Position numbers and translations under genes: made by a program. This document shows positions 15,815 to 20,000 of a stretch of 20,000 bases of DNA, one piece after another; the stretch's first letter is position 1, and the number at the start of each line of letters is the position of its first letter. Source of the stretch: Candidatus Heimdallarchaeota archaeon (GTDB taxonomy: Archaea > Asgardarchaeota > Heimdallarchaeia > Heimdallarchaeales > JAJRWK01); contig JALTMP010000118.1 of NCBI GenBank assembly GCA_027001645.1, positions 1 through 20,000 on the forward strand, in the 5' to 3' direction. The notes under the pieces were generated by a model. It saw nothing but the letters and a program-made list of their open reading frames with translations, was not told the origin of the DNA and searched no databases.

Positions 15815-17662
15815 TCATCTCCAGACTTTGTGTGGTCCGAGTAGTTTATTCTTCCTCATTGTAAGGCGTTCAATCTCTTTTTTCAACTTTCGAATCTTGC
15901 TCTCAATTTTTTCGATTTCTAAATGAACGGCGGAGATTTTTTCTTCAACATTGTCAAGTTTTCTCTTGTAATTCAAAAGGTCCTTATCCAGCGCTTTGAT
16001 TTCTTCTCTTATTCTATCGATTTGAGCAGATTGTTGAGCTTTCCAGCGTCTTTTTTTAAGAATCTGCTTTCTAGTTAGTAATGTTCTCAACTCGCTCTTT
16101 ATGGAATTCGCAACGTCTGTTAGGGTCTGAACTTCTTTTTCCCGCTCATGTTTTTCGTTTTGAATGGACCGCAAACGAGATTTCTTCTCCTTGATTTCTT
16201 GTTCGATTTTTTCAGCATCACGGAGGAAACGGAGCAGGCTCTGGTAATATTTGAATAGGAAATTTGTCGGCTTTTGTCGCTCTTTTGTCTCGGTATTACG
16301 TTGATTACCCAATTCTTCTAGAACATGCGGGAGGTCTTCCACAAAAACAACGGGAATGTTATTGATTTCCTGGAATGGCTCTGGCACACTGCTGACAAAC
16401 AAGGATAGCACTTCTTCTGCCCCAAACTCTTTTCGGATGTGATCTTTCCTTAGCTCCATTTTCTCGACTGCTTTCTCGTAGTAGTTGCGCTTTCTTTCGG
16501 AGCCTCCAAAGATCCAACCTGCCCAGAAGCTGTAATCCTTAACTTCGATCAAAATGTATTTTTCTTGCTTTTCAGTGCTTCTGGCAATCATGTCAATCTC
16601 AGTAATGACACGATCGTCATCGCCTTCGTTTTCTACCACTTCGTATCTTGTGTTGACAATTTCCCATAGGGGCGATTCTTCAATAATATCTCTTACGGCT
16701 TCTTCTGCTAATCTTGCTTTGTCTTCCAGTTCCTCTAGGTCAAATGATTCGAGAAAAGTGGTGAATAACATAAAGGCTTCAAGCCCAATGAGGAAGACAA
16801 CTTTGCCTTCTTCCTCTCCTTCATAAATTGAGACTTGATGGGCGGGCTGTTCGATTCTCTTAAGATTAACATCACTTAAAGCATACAGAGCTTTGGCTGT
16901 TGATGAGTGAATTTTTAGCTTCAGTTTAAATAGAGTTCCGTGAGCAGTTGAGATTTCTGGCATTTCTCGCAACTTATGGCTAAGCCGTATTAACGCTTCA
17001 ATTTGCTCCGGTGTAAGCATGGTCATCGATCTGTAGAATGTGACAGGTGATCGAAGGAACATCAGAAATGCATTTCTGCGATGCAGTTCTAACACAGAAA
17101 GCGGAATATCCCAGTCATGGAATCCTTTACGATAATGAGTTCTTCGTTGTCTTTTCTTTCTCCACTGCAATCGCGCAACGTCAAGAGCGGTTCCCGCTAC
17201 TTTGACATCAAAAGAATGAATACGACTAAAGTGTCTTTCTCCACGCTCGGTTGGGCGAAGTTCGCCATTGACTTCTTCAAAAAGGCGGTTTTTGATAGCT
17301 TGTCTAAGAGTATGGATAAGAACTAGTTCAGAACCGAGGATTGCTAATTCACGGGTGGCACGGCTGATAGGAAGCCCTCTTGATGGTTGGGGTCTCCAGT
17401 CTTCCCACCGAAGAATTGTGTGCAATACGACATCGCATCCTGAGAGCATAATAATGGCAGGAAGACGAATCTGCGTAGTAAATTCTTCTCTAATCTTAAT
17501 GAGTTCCTTTATTAGCTCTCGTTTAGAATATTCAGAGGCTAGTTGATAGATTCTAGTCTTGACATATTTCCAGCGATCCTCCAGAATTTCTTGGGCATTC
17601 TTGTTCGACACAAATTGATCTGCACTTATTTTCCGAGGTTCTCGCTCCATTAAACTCTCCAA
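15815..17662 (-). CDS. Large protein with PD-(D/E)XK-nuclease-like segment and long C-terminal coiled coil
   Basis: RVITEIDMIARSTEKQEKYILIEVKDYSFWAG matches the D-Xn-ExK pattern. The last ~150 residues are Lys/Glu-rich heptads. Confidence 0.6.
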   Translation of the reverse strand: MESLMEREPRKISADQFVSNKNAQEILEDRWKYVKTRIYQLASEYSKRELIKELIKIREEFTTQIRLPAIIMLSGCDVVLHTILRWEDWRPQPSRGLPISRATRELAILGSELVLIHTLRQAIKNRLFEEVNGELRPTERGERHFSRIHSFDVKVAGTALDVARLQWRKKRQRRTHYRKGFHDWDIPLSVLELHRRNAFLMFLRSPVTFYRSMTMLTPEQIEALIRLSHKLREMPEISTAHGTLFKLKLKIHSSTAKALYALSDVNLKRIEQPAHQVSIYEGEEEGKVVFLIGLEAFMLFTTFLESFDLEELEDKARLAEEAVRDIIEESPLWEIVNTRYEVVENEGDDDRVITEIDMIARSTEKQEKYILIEVKDYSFWAGWIFGGSERKRNYYEKAVEKMELRKDHIRKEFGAEEVLSLFVSSVPEPFQEINNIPVVFVEDLPHVLEELGNQRNTETKERQKPTNFLFKYYQSLLRFLRDAEKIEQEIKEKKSRLRSIQNEKHEREKEVQTLTDVANSIKSELRTLLTRKQILKKRRWKAQQSAQIDRIREEIKALDKDLLNYKRKLDNVEEKISAVHLEIEKIESKIRKLKKEIERLTMRKNKLLGPHKVWR

Positions 17663-17760
17663 CCTTAGGTCAAATCGTGCATATTATAACTTGCTTATTT
17701 TGCACCATGGAGATAAAGTGTTCTGAAATGTTTATAACAATAAATGAGCGAAAATAGCCC

Positions 17761-18102
17761 GTGGATACGACATGCCCAAACTGTGGAACGATTAATCCGT
17801 CGGATGCGGCATTTTGTTCAGAATGCGGTAAGGTTCTGAGCGAAACAAGCACGGATGAAAAAACAGGAAAGGTCACTAACCTCGACACTAGTCCTGAACT
17901 AAGGTTTCATTCATCAAAAAGATCTTTGGCCAAAGCGGTTCCGATTTGGATTTTCTTGTTCTTTATTGATTGGGCTACTGGTGAGAAAGGTATCAATTGG
18001 GCTTATTGGGTAGTGGTTCCCTGGTTTGTGTTTGGTCCTTTAGCCTCGTTTCTAATGGAGTTATTGGATGTTGAAGAAGAGAAAAGCCTAGTGGACCACT
18101 GA
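17761..18102 (+). CDS. Zinc-ribbon small membrane protein
   Basis: GTG start; N-terminal CPNCGTINPSDAAFCSECG zinc ribbon; hydrophobic segments AVPIWIFLFFIDWATG and YWVVVPWFVFGPLASFLMELL. Confidence 0.75.
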   Translation: MDTTCPNCGTINPSDAAFCSECGKVLSETSTDEKTGKVTNLDTSPELRFHSSKRSLAKAVPIWIFLFFIDWATGEKGINWAYWVVVPWFVFGPLASFLMELLDVEEEKSLVDH

Positions 18103-18502
18103 TTTACACCAATCTTTTCAGAGTTAAAGATTCGTAATGAACACGTGTTATCTTCAGCGACCCCGTATTTTTCAGTGTTTTTCGTTTGCTTACCGCATTG
18201 GCAAGAATATCGACGCCATCATCGTGGACGATCCTAAGCGCAAACAAGGCCTAAGCTTAGATAAAAACACCTAGGTATTGGTGAGCTCCGTCTGTTGCTA
18301 GTGAAATGTACCTTACAAAGCAGAGAAAGTTCTCACAAGACCTAAGTTTAAGCCATTGAGTCGCTTCTGTCCGGGACAGTCTTCTAAACTTCCAACAGCT
18401 CAATGGTAAACGCAGATATGAAAAGAGCAGACGACATTGGCAGAAAATCATACCTCCAACAATCTCGCCTCGAGATAATAAACACCGAGAGTCATCCAAA
18501 GC

Positions 18503-18531
18503 ACCTTGGTTTTGGTACTAGAAACCAAGGT
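18503..18531. repeat. Perfect 10-bp inverted repeat (hairpin)
   Basis: ACCTTGGTTT (18503-18512), 9-nt loop, AAACCAAGGT (18522-18531). Confidence 0.8.
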
Positions 18532-18617
18532 TGTGGCATACGAGCAAAGATTGTATAAAATAATTCGTTCACTGCTTCGTTATTGTAATGCATTTAAAGT
18601 CGTAGCATAGATCAAGC

Positions 18618-19655
18618 TTGGGAATGAAGAACCTCCATCAAGAGAAGAAAGGCTTCAGTGCAAACTCCAAAACAGTTCGAGGTTTTGCTAAGGCTAATGG
18701 AAAAGCTCAATGTCATGGATGTGGAGGTAGGTTTCCTGTTACAGAATTGAGAGCGTTACGTTCAGGCTTTTCAAGCATTATCGATTATGGAGAAAAAAAG
18801 TCATACTGCTATGATTGTTCTTTTCTGTATAGAAATCCTGCACATTGGGTAAGAATTGCTTGGAATCGAGCAACAATCAAGAGAAGGCATGTTTTGCTAG
18901 CTTCCTTCCTTGTGCTATTATTTTCTCCAGTCATGCTTGTCTTATACCTGGCTTATGGGACAATACTGCTCACACTATATCTCGCGTTTCTTATTCCAAT
19001 TATTCCAATTCGCACGATCTGGGATGTTATGGGAAAGTCCAGAAAAGGCACAAAGATAAAGCGAAAAAGACTCACACTTTTTCTAAACCCGGGTATTCTG
19101 GGGAAATCGTTACGGGAGAACCATGACCTTTGGTGGCAAGGCAAGCTTGGGGTTAAGGATTGGGGATACCGACGAGATGCAATTGTAAAAAATATCTTTT
19201 CATTAGGTGCAAGCATAGTTCTTTTGGGGGAGGTTACGTATTATGGATTAACTAGAACTTACATTATTGATCCGTTTCCAACCCCACTCAATATTTTGGT
19301 AATTTTATACATAGCAACAGTGGTTTATTATTGGATACGAGCTGGAATCGCTGAAAAACTCTTTCCAGTTATTGGTGAGCTATTCTTGCTGGGAAAAGTT
19401 TTCTACTTCGATCTCAGAGAACTTGGAATCCGTTCTTTTTCTAGTTCTGAACAGCCGGTGATTAGCAATCCTGTCAGATGTGCTCAATGTGGTGAAAGAA
19501 TAGAGGATGGAGAAGATGCCTCCAAATGTGAACAATGCGGATTTGTTTTTCATTCCAAAGAACTGTTTGAGTTTATTTGGGATAATGGGTATTGTCCTAA
19601 ATGCAGAAATGTTAGTTTTCCAAAAAGAATCGACGTAGATGATTTACATGACTAA
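18618..19655 (+). CDS. Polytopic membrane protein flanked by N- and C-terminal zinc ribbons
   Basis: N-terminal CHGCGGRFPV...CYDCSF; TMs ASFLVLLFSPVMLVLYLAYGTILLTLYLAFLIPIIPI and NIFSLGASIVLLGEVTYYG; C-terminal CAQCGERIEDGEDASKCEQCGFVFH...GYCPKCRNV. Confidence 0.85.
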   Translation: MGMKNLHQEKKGFSANSKTVRGFAKANGKAQCHGCGGRFPVTELRALRSGFSSIIDYGEKKSYCYDCSFLYRNPAHWVRIAWNRATIKRRHVLLASFLVLLFSPVMLVLYLAYGTILLTLYLAFLIPIIPIRTIWDVMGKSRKGTKIKRKRLTLFLNPGILGKSLRENHDLWWQGKLGVKDWGYRRDAIVKNIFSLGASIVLLGEVTYYGLTRTYIIDPFPTPLNILVILYIATVVYYWIRAGIAEKLFPVIGELFLLGKVFYFDLRELGIRSFSSSEQPVISNPVRCAQCGERIEDGEDASKCEQCGFVFHSKELFEFIWDNGYCPKCRNVSFPKRIDVDDLHD

Positions 19656-20000
19656 TGATCATGAACAAAAACCATTAGATCCAAAGCATTTCTTGCTTCT
19701 CCCCTTTCTTGTTGGGGGGCTTGATCTATTATTTCAGTTACCTTTTTGGCCAGCCCAATACTTTCCTGTCTTCATCGTTTCTCTTTTCGCAGCGGCATTC
19801 TTCATTGGTGTCGTCATTCGAGACGTAAGATTGAACCTTCCCGATAGAAAAAAACTCATTGTTAAACAAGTAATCGTGCTAATTGGCGTGCTAACTTTGA
19901 CTGAAGTAATTAGCGGCCTACTATCGTCAAGAGATTTTACTTCATCGCTCATTGATGGGGTAACGTTTGGTGTTATAGTTGGTTTTGTTGCTTGGATCGG
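19648..20000 (+). CDS. Membrane protein, partial, runs off the right edge
   Basis: The ATG at 19648 overlaps the previous stop. The reading frame MTNDHEQKPLDPKHFLLLPFLVGGLDLLFQLPFWPAQYFPVFIVSLFAAAFFIGVVIRDVRLNLPDRKK... stays open to 20000. Confidence 0.7.
   Translation, partial: MTNDHEQKPLDPKHFLLLPFLVGGLDLLFQLPFWPAQYFPVFIVSLFAAAFFIGVVIRDVRLNLPDRKKLIVKQVIVLIGVLTLTEVISGLLSSRDFTSSLIDGVTFGVIVGFVAWI

Noticed and set aside
18257-18499. - strand ORF of 80 aa as a gene or transposase fragment
   Set aside because: Composition is unremarkable, there is no DDE or other motif, and I could not support transposase homology by eye. Kept only as a possibility in the intergenic finding.
1-20000. CRISPR array, tRNA genes or intact insertion sequence
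   Set aside because: I saw no regularly spaced direct repeats, no tRNA T-arm consensus in a cloverleaf context, and no transposase ORF with terminal inverted repeats.

Overview
This 20 kb window is archaeal. It encodes L7Ae, S28e, L24e, RNA polymerase subunit N, mevalonate kinase and isopentenyl phosphate kinase. An Asgard (Heimdallarchaeia-like) source is my inference only. It is a gene-dense chromosomal region with no CRISPR array, intact mobile element or tRNA that I can see. Two observations stand out. (1) A structured RNA gene on + at about 1879-2027 carries all the conserved parts of an archaeal 5S rRNA in circularly permuted order. The canonical 3' half comes first and the canonical 5' half second. 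Helix I is closed by a UUCG tetraloop, and the new ends lie in the helix II/III internal loop and are held by a new perfect 10-bp terminal stem. An archaeal Box A-like element precedes it and a T8 tract follows it. (2) The gene at 12784-13518 encodes a C-terminally tail-anchored coiled-coil protein. Its last ~80 residues fit a eukaryotic Q-SNARE motif: 16 layers in register, a zero-layer Gln in 'LTEQGIQLERIEE', and SNARE-like spacing to the membrane anchor. Other items include a secreted nuclease/phosphatase-fold protein, a ClC transporter/channel with CBS domains, a PD-(D/E)XK-like coiled-coil protein, large surface proteins, zinc-ribbon membrane proteins, and a long intergenic region (18103-18617) rich in inverted repeats.
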